A DNA stretch of 52,611 bases from Flavobacteriales bacterium (GTDB lineage Bacteria > Bacteroidota > Bacteroidia > Flavobacteriales_F > PHOS-HE28). Position 1 is the stretch's first letter. Every line of letters starts with the position of its first letter. The stretch spans positions 1-52,611 of the forward strand of contig JAGQVN010000156.1 in assembly GCA_020437905.1 (NCBI GenBank). Direction: 5' to 3'. A program made the translations under genes and the position numbers. Below are positions 8,759 to 17,000 of the stretch, one piece after another. The notes under the pieces were generated by a model. The model was not told where the DNA came from, ran no database searches, and worked only from the letters and a program-made list of their open reading frames with translations.

Positions 8759-10739
8759 AGGCAAGGAGAGGAAGGCCGATGTGCCGCGATCAAAGGGCGG
8801 CATCCCCGGAGAACCGCACGAGCGTGTCCTGTTATGGTGCCTGGTAGGACTGGCGGCCGTGCTGCGCTTTTGGGAGTTCACCGGGCTGCCATTCCTGCAC
8901 GATGAACTAAGCGCTCTCGTCCGCCTGTTCCCCACCCTGGAAGAGACCATTCGCAGGGGTGTGGTGGAGCTGGATACGCACCCTCCCGGTGTGCAGGTCT
9001 TCGAATGGGTGTGGACCCGCCTGTTCGGCTTGGAGGAATGGGTCGTGAAGCTGCCCTTCGTCCTGTTCTCGCTGGCGAGCATCCCCCTGGCGTATCGGGT
9101 CGCCAGTGCCTGGTCCTCGACCACTGCCGGGCTCCTGATCGCCACATTGATGGCCACGCTCCAGTTCACGGTGCTCTACGGGCAGCTCGCGCGACCCTAT
9201 GCGATCGGCCTGTTCAGCACACTGCTGATGGCGGACCAGTGGATACGCTACCATCGATCGGGGTCGAAGGCACACCTGATCGGGATGGGGCTGGGTGCCT
9301 TGATCAGTGCCTACACGCATCATGTGGCCCTGCTCCAGGCCTGTGCGATCGGCGGATTGGCGCTCTGGTGGAGCACTCCCAAGGAGCGAAGGGAGCTCAT
9401 GCTCATGGCAGCGGCGGTGGCCTTGTGTTATGTGCCCAATGTGCCGCTGTTCCTGAAACAACTGGGCATGGCCGGCCTGGATGAATGGCTGCGCCCACCC
9501 ACCCTGCATTGGCCCTTGGACTTCGTGGCGTGGCTGTTCCACGGCTCGCCGCTTCTGATCGGCACCGTGCTGATCCTTGGGATATGGTCCTGGTGGCTAT
9601 TGTGGGCCGGTCCTTCTGAAGGTCGAAAGCCATTGACCCTTGCGCTGGTCCTCGGTTTGCTGCCGGTGTTGATCGTGTTCTTCTATTCGCTGTTGCGCTC
9701 GCCGATCCTGCAGTACAGTTTGGTGCTCTTCTCCTTTCCGTACCTGCTCATCGCCCTGTTCGCCGGCATTCCCGGACTGCCCTTCGCTCGCACGTTGCTC
9801 CTTTGCACCGTACTTGCCGCTCAGTCGATCAGCACGCTCATTGTGCGCGGCCATTTCTCCCTGGCATACCAGAGCAAGTATGAGGCGATCATGGATGGCA
9901 TTCTGGGCTCGGACCGTGGCACCGACCGCCTGACCCTTGTGGAAATGCCCCCAGAGGTCCTTGGCTTCTATGCGAAACGGGCCGGGATGGATCCCGCTAC
10001 AATGCCTTGCGTACAATTGAGGGGTATGGCACCCGATGCGATATCCCAAAGCCTGTATGAAAGCCACGCCTCTGAAGTTTTTCTGGGCATCACGGCCTCT
10101 GCGGACCCGGAGTTGGTGGCCGTGGTACAGGATCATTGGCCCTTCCTGCGCGAACGAAGGGACCTGGTCGAGGGCCAGACCTTCGTCTTCGCTTCAACGC
10201 CATCCAGGCAGGACATCCGCGATCACCGATCGGCATCCATCGCGCTGCCGGAAGCGGTGATCGGACCAGGATGGCGGATCCCCGGACCCGTCAAGGTGGT
10301 TTACGATACAGCGCGCTCGGACATCGCGCCGCTTGCCCATTGGGACCTGAACGGTTCGGAGTACGGTCCGACCTACGAGGCCTTACTGGACTCCCTGGTG
10401 GGCTCTCCCATGGACCTGGTGGAAGCTCGCGCTGTCCTGGATACGGCAAAGCCAGGGGTCCAGCTTGTGGTCGATCTGGTCCATGAGGACCGCGTCATCT
10501 TCCATCGCAGCAGTGTCGAAATGCGCCCACGGGACGGTATCGCCACATTATGGGTGGGCTTGAAGCTCCCCGATCTGCGCCCGATACCGAACGGCACCCG
10601 GATCAAGGTCTTCGTGTGGGACCCCCAACGGCAAGGAGCTCGCATTCAACTGCAGGAAGTACGCGTCAGGGAGGGAAATGAGATCCTGTACGGGCTTTTC
10701 GACCTCTTCGAGCGTCGTTCGCGCTTCGGACCGAAATGA
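8748..10739 (+). CDS. polytopic membrane protein, ArnT/GT39-like putative glycosyltransferase with C-terminal soluble domain
   Basis: GTG start overlapping the smpB end. AAVLRFWEFTGLPFLHDELSAL N-terminal loop, followed by about 10 hydrophobic helices, as in the GT39/GT83 (PMT/ArnT) families. The last ~260 aa are soluble and unassigned. Confidence 0.55.
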   Translation: MSAEGKERKADVPRSKGGIPGEPHERVLLWCLVGLAAVLRFWEFTGLPFLHDELSALVRLFPTLEETIRRGVVELDTHPPGVQVFEWVWTRLFGLEEWVVKLPFVLFSLASIPLAYRVASAWSSTTAGLLIATLMATLQFTVLYGQLARPYAIGLFSTLLMADQWIRYHRSGSKAHLIGMGLGALISAYTHHVALLQACAIGGLALWWSTPKERRELMLMAAAVALCYVPNVPLFLKQLGMAGLDEWLRPPTLHWPLDFVAWLFHGSPLLIGTVLILGIWSWWLLWAGPSEGRKPLTLALVLGLLPVLIVFFYSLLRSPILQYSLVLFSFPYLLIALFAGIPGLPFARTLLLCTVLAAQSISTLIVRGHFSLAYQSKYEAIMDGILGSDRGTDRLTLVEMPPEVLGFYAKRAGMDPATMPCVQLRGMAPDAISQSLYESHASEVFLGITASADPELVAVVQDHWPFLRERRDLVEGQTFVFASTPSRQDIRDHRSASIALPEAVIGPGWRIPGPVKVVYDTARSDIAPLAHWDLNGSEYGPTYEALLDSLVGSPMDLVEARAVLDTAKPGVQLVVDLVHEDRVIFHRSSVEMRPRDGIATLWVGLKLPDLRPIPNGTRIKVFVWDPQRQGARIQLQEVRVREGNEILYGLFDLFERRSRFGPK

Positions 10740-10740
10740 A

Positions 10741-10766
10741 GAAAGGCCCCACTAGCGATGCCTTTC
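10741..10766. terminator. bidirectional hairpin between convergent genes
   Basis: GAAAGGC (10741-10747) pairs with GCCTTTC (10760-10766) across a 12-nt loop, followed by CTTTG. This is the only clear hairpin between any convergent pair in the window. Confidence 0.5.
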
Positions 10767-10787
10767 CTTTGATCGTTACTGGTCCGA

Positions 10788-11777
10788 TCAGAACTTGGCT
10801 GTCAAGCCGATGGACAATGTCTGTTTGAATTGGGTGGTGGGGCCGGTCTTGAAGGTCCCATCATCCTGTTTCTGCAGGATGTCGATGTCGTCGTCGTAGA
10901 TGAGCAGTGTGTTCAGCGTGGCCGCGAACCAATCGTTCACCTTGAATGTCCACAGGGTCTCCCAGTTCACGTCGATGTTCTGCGGGTTATCCAGATAGTT
11001 GCTGAACAGTTCGAGCCGGGTCATGAAATTGATGTTCTTGGCGATGTCGGTCGTGAAGAACACATTGGCATAGGCACCCATCTGAAAAAGCACGTTCTTG
11101 CCTTGGGTGAAGCCGGTGGTATCGCCGATATCCGTGATCTCGAACACTCCTGGATCGACCCCGAAGGCTCCCGCATCGGCCAGGTCCTGGTCGTAGACCA
11201 GCGTGGTCTTGGTCATGATCGGTGACAGATAGGCTGAGAATTTCTTGCTCGGTTTGTAGTCGAAACCGAGACCGAAGAGGACATAGCCGGGAGCCAGGAA
11301 GTTGGAGATCTTGAGCGTATCGATGTCGGCGTCAAAACCTTCCACGAACTGACTTCGGAACTGGAACAGCGCGCTGGCGAACCAGGGTCCGCCGATCTCC
11401 CGTCCAAGGCGTGAATTCAGCTCGAAGCGATCGTCAGTTTTGGTGGATCGTTTATCCTGTTCGGCCAATAGACCATAGGCCAGGATAAGCGAATTGTCCC
11501 AGGCCCATTTGCCTTTCCGCTTATTGGCCCAACCGTTCAACTGCGCCAACCCGGAGACCGAACTGACACCACCGGCGGACCAATTCACCAACTGCACCTG
11601 GCTGAAGTTCAGCTGGAACACCCCACCCGTCGTCCAGATCTTGGAGGAATCAATGTTCGCCTCGGCATCCTCCCGGGCTTTCCGGATGGATTCACGATCA
11701 TCCTTGTTCAGGTCCTCCTGGGCCCGGACGCCCATGGACAGGATCATACAGAGCGCATAGAGTATCGTCTTCTTCAT
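10788..11777 (-). CDS. DUF3078-like outer-membrane beta-barrel protein
   Basis: Signal peptide, WTTGGVFQLNFSQVQLVNWSAGG motif, alternating beta-strand pattern and a terminal aromatic residue (…LTAKF). Confidence 0.6.
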   Translation of the reverse strand: MKKTILYALCMILSMGVRAQEDLNKDDRESIRKAREDAEANIDSSKIWTTGGVFQLNFSQVQLVNWSAGGVSSVSGLAQLNGWANKRKGKWAWDNSLILAYGLLAEQDKRSTKTDDRFELNSRLGREIGGPWFASALFQFRSQFVEGFDADIDTLKISNFLAPGYVLFGLGFDYKPSKKFSAYLSPIMTKTTLVYDQDLADAGAFGVDPGVFEITDIGDTTGFTQGKNVLFQMGAYANVFFTTDIAKNINFMTRLELFSNYLDNPQNIDVNWETLWTFKVNDWFAATLNTLLIYDDDIDILQKQDDGTFKTGPTTQFKQTLSIGLTAKF

Positions 11778-11790
11778 CGGTATGAGTGGT

Positions 11791-12624
11791 TCAAGCTTTC
11801 TTCAGGTCGCCGAAAATATGCACATCCCGCTGAGGAAAGGGTATGGTGATACCCGCAGCGTCGAGCGCCAGTTTTCCCTGCTCCAGGGTGGTGAAATAGA
11901 CGTCCCAATAATGCACCGGATCGCAGTGCGGGCGTACAGCGAGGTCCACGCTGCTGTCGTTCAGGTTGCTCACGGCCACCATGGGTGCTGGGTCCTTCAT
12001 CACCTCCGGCTGATCCTGCATGACCTTCAGCAACACTTCCCGGGCCTTCCGAACATCGCTGTCGTAACTGATCCCGATGGTCAGGTCCACACGCACCCTG
12101 CCCTCAGCGGTGAAATTGATGATATTGCCGTTGGCCATGGCGCCATTGGGTACGATGGCGGTCTTGTTCTCCGGGGTAAGCAGAACAGTGGTGAAGAGTT
12201 GGATCTCCTTCACATTGCCCAGCACCCCCTGTGCTTCGATCAGATCACCGACCTTGTAGGGTCGGAACAACAGGATGAGCACTCCGCCTGCGAAATTGGA
12301 CAGGGTGCCTTGCAACGCCAGACCCACCGCCAGACCGGCGGCGCCGAGCACGGCCACGAAGGAGGTCGTCGCCACACCCAGCATCTGGATCACGCTGATG
12401 AACAACATGGCTTTCAGCAGCCAGCCGAGCAGGTTGCCGAGGAACCGCCGCAGCGTGACGTCGGTGCCTTTCTTCTCCATGCTCTTCCCCAAGATGCGCA
12501 CCACCATCTTGATGAGGCGGAGACCCACCCACAGGAACAGGAGGGCAAGGAGGACCTTGGGCAGATAAGCGGTGACCAATTCCGCAGCTTGGGTGGTCAA
12601 GCCGTTCACGTCGATATCGTTCAT
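11791..12624 (-). CDS. mscS: small-conductance mechanosensitive channel (MscS family)
   Basis: Three N-terminal TM helices, then LLFRPYKVGDLIEAQGVLGNVKEIQLFTTVLLTPENKTAIVPNG, the hallmark MscS beta-domain. Confidence 0.88.
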   Translation of the reverse strand: MNDIDVNGLTTQAAELVTAYLPKVLLALLFLWVGLRLIKMVVRILGKSMEKKGTDVTLRRFLGNLLGWLLKAMLFISVIQMLGVATTSFVAVLGAAGLAVGLALQGTLSNFAGGVLILLFRPYKVGDLIEAQGVLGNVKEIQLFTTVLLTPENKTAIVPNGAMANGNIINFTAEGRVRVDLTIGISYDSDVRKAREVLLKVMQDQPEVMKDPAPMVAVSNLNDSSVDLAVRPHCDPVHYWDVYFTTLEQGKLALDAAGITIPFPQRDVHIFGDLKKA

Positions 12625-12658
12625 GGTATGCGTTCGGTCCTGTCGGTTCGATCTTGGT

Positions 12659-13492
12659 TCATTGCTCGTTCATATCCAGCACCTCGACCCGTTCGGAGAT
12701 CAGGCGTTTCACGGGAATGACCACGTGGCGTTCGCCCGTATGGAGCACAACGGAAATGCTGTCGATGTGCTCAATGACCCCCTCGTCGTCGCCGATGCGG
12801 ATGCGCATGCCTGGTTTGAAGCGGTCCCGGGTGTAGTAGCTGCTGAGGATGTTGGTGAAGATATCCCTCGCCGCGAAGCCGTATGCGATGCTGAATGCGA
12901 TGAGCACGGCACCGAAAAGAAGCAGGATATTGGAGGTGATCAGTTCGGTATCGATACCGGCCACGTTGAGCGCGGTGATGCTCATGAACACCACCACCAA
13001 GGCGTAGACCATACGTGCCACGATCTTCCCTCCCGGCAGGCCGGCGGAGCTCGTCAGCGTGGAGACCGCCGCCTGGGCCTTGTCGGCAGCCCAGAGCCCG
13101 AAGAGGAGAATGGCGAGCGCCGTGAGCAGGGAAGGCAGATAAGCGAAGAGCGCACGGATCCCCTCATCGATCAGGCTCAGGCCGGACACCTTTGCGGCCG
13201 CGAACACGAAGACCAGCAGGAGACAGAGGTACACCACCGCTGCCAAGGCCTTCGACAAGTTGAGCCCACCAAGCCGCTCCAACACCGCGGAAAGTCCGGT
13301 GCGTTCGGCCATGGCGTCAAAACCCATGCGACGCAGCGCCTGCCGGGTGAGGCCTCTGCATAAGCGGGCCACCAGCCAACCGGCGAGCAACACCAGCACA
13401 CCGGCGATCGATCCCGGCAGGTACTGAAAAGCCTGTTCCGCGAAGGTTCGGAACGCATGGTGGATGGAGGTGAGGATCGTTCGGGAGTCCAT
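12659..13492 (-). CDS. MscS-related membrane protein (TM-helix repeats plus C-terminal beta-domain)
   Basis: Four or five TM helices, then RFKPGMRIRIGDDEGVIEHIDSISVVLHTGERHVVIPVKRL, which resembles the MscS beta-domain. Confidence 0.65.
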   Translation of the reverse strand: MDSRTILTSIHHAFRTFAEQAFQYLPGSIAGVLVLLAGWLVARLCRGLTRQALRRMGFDAMAERTGLSAVLERLGGLNLSKALAAVVYLCLLLVFVFAAAKVSGLSLIDEGIRALFAYLPSLLTALAILLFGLWAADKAQAAVSTLTSSAGLPGGKIVARMVYALVVVFMSITALNVAGIDTELITSNILLLFGAVLIAFSIAYGFAARDIFTNILSSYYTRDRFKPGMRIRIGDDEGVIEHIDSISVVLHTGERHVVIPVKRLISERVEVLDMNEQ

Positions 13493-13495
13493 GGG

Positions 13496-13708
13496 TCAGG
13501 GGTCGGTCGGTTGTTCAGGGTCGTTGGTGTCGCGCACAGGCTTCAGCACCCGTACGTTCTCGAAGACGGTGGCCGACCAATCGGCCACGAACAGTTGCAT
13601 GAAGCGCATCATCAGCATCATCAGGCGCACGCTTCCCATCACGTCCTTGCGGAGCGTCTCCGGTGGCCGATCGGCCGGGCGGATGATCTTGAAGGGATTC
13701 TCGCTCAT
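13496..13708 (-). CDS. 70-aa protein translationally coupled to the ECF sigma factor (possible anti-sigma or partner)
   Basis: Its ATG (13708-13706) overlaps the sigma-factor TGA (ATGA at 13705-13708). MSENPFKIIRPADRPPETLRKDVMGSVRLMMLMMRFMQLFVADW... has one hydrophobic/amphipathic segment. Its stop lies 3 nt before the next ATG (13492). Confidence 0.5.
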   Translation of the reverse strand: MSENPFKIIRPADRPPETLRKDVMGSVRLMMLMMRFMQLFVADWSATVFENVRVLKPVRDTNDPEQPTDP

Positions 13709-14289
13709 GGCCGTTCTCCGTAAAGTTGCTGGTACGTGTCGACCGCTCGTTCGCGCGCCCGGAGCATGCGCATCTTCACCGCGCTTTCTCCCAGTTCCAG
13801 GACCATGCACATATCCTGGATGCTCATCTCGTCCTGGTACTTCATGAGCAACACCGCCTTGTCCCGGGCATCCATGGCATCCAGCACCGCGCTCAGGCGT
13901 TCAGCACGCAGGGATAGCAAGGCTTCTTCGTTCGCGTCCCTATCCGGCACCTCGCCCTGTACCCGCTCGTCGAGGTCCTCTTTCCGCACCTTCTTGTCCT
14001 TGCGCAGGTGGTCCAGGCAGTAGTTGTAGGTGACCCGGTACAACCACGTACCGAACTTGGACCGATGATCGAACTTGCTGAGGTTGGCGAACACCTTTAG
14101 GAACACGTCGTGCGCCAGGTCCTTGGCCAGGTCCCTGTCGCCTGCCAGCGCCATGCATTTCTGGTAGACCCGTTCCACGTACCGATCATACAGCACACCG
14201 AACAGCTCGGCATCCATCTGCTGTTGCAGTTGGCGCACCAATTCTTCGTCATTGAGTTCCCTGGTCTTCCTGACCTTTGACTTGAACAC
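13705..14289 (-). CDS. ECF-type RNA polymerase sigma-70 family factor
   Basis: Region 2 (DLAHDVFLKVFANLSKFDHRSKFGTWLYRVTYNYCLDHLRK) and region 4 (LLMKYQDEMSIQDMCMVLELGESAVKMRMLRARE). GTG start. Confidence 0.9.
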   Translation of the reverse strand: MFKSKVRKTRELNDEELVRQLQQQMDAELFGVLYDRYVERVYQKCMALAGDRDLAKDLAHDVFLKVFANLSKFDHRSKFGTWLYRVTYNYCLDHLRKDKKVRKEDLDERVQGEVPDRDANEEALLSLRAERLSAVLDAMDARDKAVLLMKYQDEMSIQDMCMVLELGESAVKMRMLRARERAVDTYQQLYGERP

Positions 14290-14337
14290 GGTGAGGCAGT
14301 GGTGGCCTTGGGACGAAAGCGACCGCTCCAGGTCACA

Positions 14338-14853
14338 TCAACGGTGAGACCCGAAGACCTGACCGTTCGGGACCCGCACGGGTGCAACGACCCGAATGAA
14401 CGCATGATCGCTGGCTGCATGACATGCATTGCAGCTCTGCAACAAGCCATCGTACATCGCTGAGAAACCGGCACTATCCTCCTCCTGCAGGTGGGCACCC
14501 ATCGCATCCAGGGACGGGCGTCCGTATTGTGCTACAAGGGCGCTGATGTCCTTTCCTTCATCCATGATGCGTCCATCCTCCAGGCCTTCGAACACCTCAT
14601 GCATCTCATGGTGGTAGAACCGCGCCAATTCCAGGTCGTTCGCACTTCCGGCTGCGTGCAACTTCATGGCGAAATGATGAAGACGCCCCATCATCACCGC
14701 GAGCTCCACCTCCTCCTCCATGTGCTCCTGCGCCACACCGGGTGGGAGTTCGTCCACTTGCTGGGACCGCTTCTCCAGATCGTTCATCTTCACATAAAGC
14801 AAACCGATGCCGGCCAAGGCGAAAAGGACCAGTGATGTGGTGAAGTGTTTCAT
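14338..14853 (-). CDS. helical protein with N-terminal anchor/signal and C-terminal CxxCH motif (class II cytochrome c / cytochrome c'-like candidate)
   Basis: ATG at 14853 gives MKHFTTSLVLFALAGIGLLYV... The body is a His/Met-rich helical region. CNACH is encoded at 14419-14433, near the C-terminus. Confidence 0.5.
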   Translation of the reverse strand: MKHFTTSLVLFALAGIGLLYVKMNDLEKRSQQVDELPPGVAQEHMEEEVELAVMMGRLHHFAMKLHAAGSANDLELARFYHHEMHEVFEGLEDGRIMDEGKDISALVAQYGRPSLDAMGAHLQEEDSAGFSAMYDGLLQSCNACHAASDHAFIRVVAPVRVPNGQVFGSHR

Positions 14854-14923
14854 GCGGGATACCGGGATGAGCCTCGGACAAAGGTCCTCCACCCGCCGGG
14901 CGTGCAGGACCAACGTGATCGTG

Positions 14924-14998
14924 TGGGCATTACTGGATTCGAACCAGTGACCCCTACCCTGTCAAGGTAGTGCTCTGAACCAACTGAGCTAAATGCCC
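14924..14998 (-). tRNA. tRNA-Val: tRNA-Val (anticodon GAC)
   Basis: The reverse complement folds as a cloverleaf: GGGCATT / TA / GCTC-AGTTGGTTC-AGAGC / A / CTACC-TTGACAG-GGTAG / GGGTC / ACTGG-TTCGAAT-CCAGT / AATGCCC-A. The anticodon loop TTGACAG gives GAC. No encoded CCA. Confidence 0.9.
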
Positions 14999-15005
14999 GG
15001 GGCGG

Positions 15006-15013
15006 CAAATGTA
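15006..15013 (-). promoter_or_regulatory. -7 promoter box (TACATTTG) immediately upstream of tRNA-Val
   Basis: Plus-strand CAAATGTA equals minus-strand TACATTTG, 8 nt from the mature tRNA 5' end. Confidence 0.4.
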
Positions 15014-15117
15014 CACGTCCTCAGGGACAGTCGGAGCTCCATCCGCAATGCAGCAAGCTGCTTCCGTTCCCAACACCTTCGGAGCGTTCATGGACCCGCT
15101 CGTTCGGAAGGGACGAT

Positions 15118-15125
15118 TAATTTTG
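15118..15125 (+). promoter_or_regulatory. -7 promoter box (TAATTTTG) for the hydroxylase gene
   Basis: TAnnTTTG match 20 nt upstream of the ATG at 15146. This supports that start over the track start at 14993. Confidence 0.4.
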
Positions 15126-15145
15126 CGACAGCAGGAAGGAAGCAG

Positions 15146-15781
15146 ATGGCCAAGAACGTATCGGATAGTGGTCGGGTGTTCAAGAACCCGATCCTGGAAG
15201 CCCTCACCAGGACACATATCGCCATTCCGCTCACCCTGTTCTATGGTAGCGGGCTTGCGGTACTGATCTATGCTGTGGTGCATCTCCGCATGCCCGTGAT
15301 GGGGTCCATCATACTGTTCCTGGCAGGGGCTTTCTTCTTCACGTTGGTCGAATACCTGGTACATCGGTACTTCTACCACATGGAAGCAAGCAGTGCGTCG
15401 CGTAAACGGATCCAGTACCTGTTCCACGGGGTGCACCACGATCATCCCCGGGACAAGAAGCGTCTTGCCCTGCCACCGATCATGACCGTCCTGGTCGCCA
15501 TCATGTTCATCGGCCTCTTCCGCCTGCTGATGGGCCTGGAGGGCTATGCGTTCGGCGGTGGCTTCATGGTCGGCTATGCATCCTACCTCTACATCCACTA
15601 CGCCATCCACATCATCAAGCCGCCGAAGAACTTCCTGAATGTGATCTGGAAGCACCACAACCTTCACCATTTTGTGGATAGCGAAGGTGCCTTCGGTGTG
15701 AGCTCCCCTTTCTGGGACCACGTGTTCCGGACCATGCCCAGAGATCGGCGTGGCATTGCTGAAAAGTTGAAGAGCGCCTAG
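15146..15781 (+). CDS. fatty-acid hydroxylase / sterol-desaturase superfamily membrane di-iron enzyme
   Basis: His boxes HRYFYH, HGVHHDH and HHNLHH in a four-TM scaffold. The internal ATG was chosen because the longer ORF overlaps the tRNA. Confidence 0.8.
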   Translation: MAKNVSDSGRVFKNPILEALTRTHIAIPLTLFYGSGLAVLIYAVVHLRMPVMGSIILFLAGAFFFTLVEYLVHRYFYHMEASSASRKRIQYLFHGVHHDHPRDKKRLALPPIMTVLVAIMFIGLFRLLMGLEGYAFGGGFMVGYASYLYIHYAIHIIKPPKNFLNVIWKHHNLHHFVDSEGAFGVSSPFWDHVFRTMPRDRRGIAEKLKSA

Positions 15782-16935
15782 GCGGGGCGCTGCCCGGCCA
15801 AGGCCGGCACCTTGAACAGGCGCTTCAACAGGTCCACTGTCCGGTCCACTTCTTGAAGTGTGTTGTACCTGCTGAAGCTGAAACGGATGTTGGTGCCGGG
15901 CGCATCAGGAGCGATGGTCGCCAGCACATGGGAGCCCTTGTTGCTTCCACTGCTGCACGCACTGCCTCCGCTGACCGCCACTCCTTCCATGTCGAGGTTG
16001 TAGATCAGCATCTCTCCTTTACCGTCATCAGGGAACCGCACATTGAGGACCGTATACAGGCTGGCCGGTCCGATATCCCCGTTGAAAGCGACCCCAGGTA
16101 TCTCCGCCCTGAGCCGTTCGATCATATGGTCCTTCAGCCCTTGGATATGGGCGCGATGCCGATCAAGGTCTTCAAAGGCGAGCTCCAGCGCCGCTGCAAG
16201 ACCAACGATGCCACAGATGTTCTCCGTGCCCCCTCGCATGTTGCGTTCCTGACCGCCACCCTGCATCATGGCGTTCAGACCTGTGCCAGCTCTCATGTAT
16301 AGGAAGCCGGAACCCTTGGGACCATGGAACTTGTGCGCGGAGGCACTGAGCATGTCGATCGGGAGCGTTGCCAGGTCGAAGGGAAAATGGCCCATGGTCT
16401 GCACCGTATCGCTGTGGAAAAGCGCGCCATACTTTCGACAGAGCGCCCCAATGGCTTGGAGGTCGGCACAGGTGCCGATCTCATTGTTGGCATGCATCAG
16501 TGAGACCAGCACATGCTGATGCTCACGTAGCAGTTCCTCCAAATGAGCGAGGTCCACGTGTCCTTCTCCATCCAAGCGGACCAAGTGCACACACGCCTTC
16601 CCTTCCCTCTCCAGGCACCCCGCTGTATGCTCGATGGCATGATGTTCTATGGCAGATGTGATGATGTGCTTCACACCACGGTCACGGACACTGCAGTTCA
16701 AGGCCATGTTATCCGCTTCCGTACCGCCTGAAGTGAAGATGATCTCTCCCGGGGAGCAGTTGAGCGAGCGGGCGACCGATCTTCTCGATCGCTCGATACC
16801 CGCCCGGGTGGCACGTCCGAACGCATGGATGGACGACGGATTACCATACTCCCCCCTGAGGTAAGGCATCATTGCCTCGACCACTTCGGGTGCCAGGGGC
16901 GTGGTCGCCGCATTGTCGAAATAGATCCGTTCCAT
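15778..16935 (-). CDS. cysteine desulfurase (NifS/IscS-type, class V aminotransferase fold)
   Basis: MERIYFDNAATTP start, PLP-lysine context SASAHKFHGPKG, and catalytic-Cys loop SGGSACSSGS. A TAATTTTG box at 16975-16982 lies inside the longer track ORF and favours the ATG at 16935. Confidence 0.9.
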   Translation of the reverse strand: MERIYFDNAATTPLAPEVVEAMMPYLRGEYGNPSSIHAFGRATRAGIERSRRSVARSLNCSPGEIIFTSGGTEADNMALNCSVRDRGVKHIITSAIEHHAIEHTAGCLEREGKACVHLVRLDGEGHVDLAHLEELLREHQHVLVSLMHANNEIGTCADLQAIGALCRKYGALFHSDTVQTMGHFPFDLATLPIDMLSASAHKFHGPKGSGFLYMRAGTGLNAMMQGGGQERNMRGGTENICGIVGLAAALELAFEDLDRHRAHIQGLKDHMIERLRAEIPGVAFNGDIGPASLYTVLNVRFPDDGKGEMLIYNLDMEGVAVSGGSACSSGSNKGSHVLATIAPDAPGTNIRFSFSRYNTLQEVDRTVDLLKRLFKVPALAGQRPA

Positions 16936-16974
16936 TGTACAAGTAGACTTCCCCGCCAGCCCCGAGAGGCTGGG

Positions 16975-16982
16975 CAAAATTA
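16975..16982 (-). promoter_or_regulatory. -7 promoter box (TAATTTTG) for the cysteine desulfurase gene
   Basis: Plus-strand CAAAATTA, 40 nt upstream of the ATG at 16935. Confidence 0.4.
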
Positions 16983-17000
16983 CGTTCCCGGGCACAATGC

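Noticed and set aside
14854-15145. tRNA-Val as a possible integration site or genomic-island boundary.
   Set aside because: There is no integrase, no direct repeat of the tRNA 3' end and no compositional shift that I can see on either side. The flanking genes are ordinary chromosomal functions.
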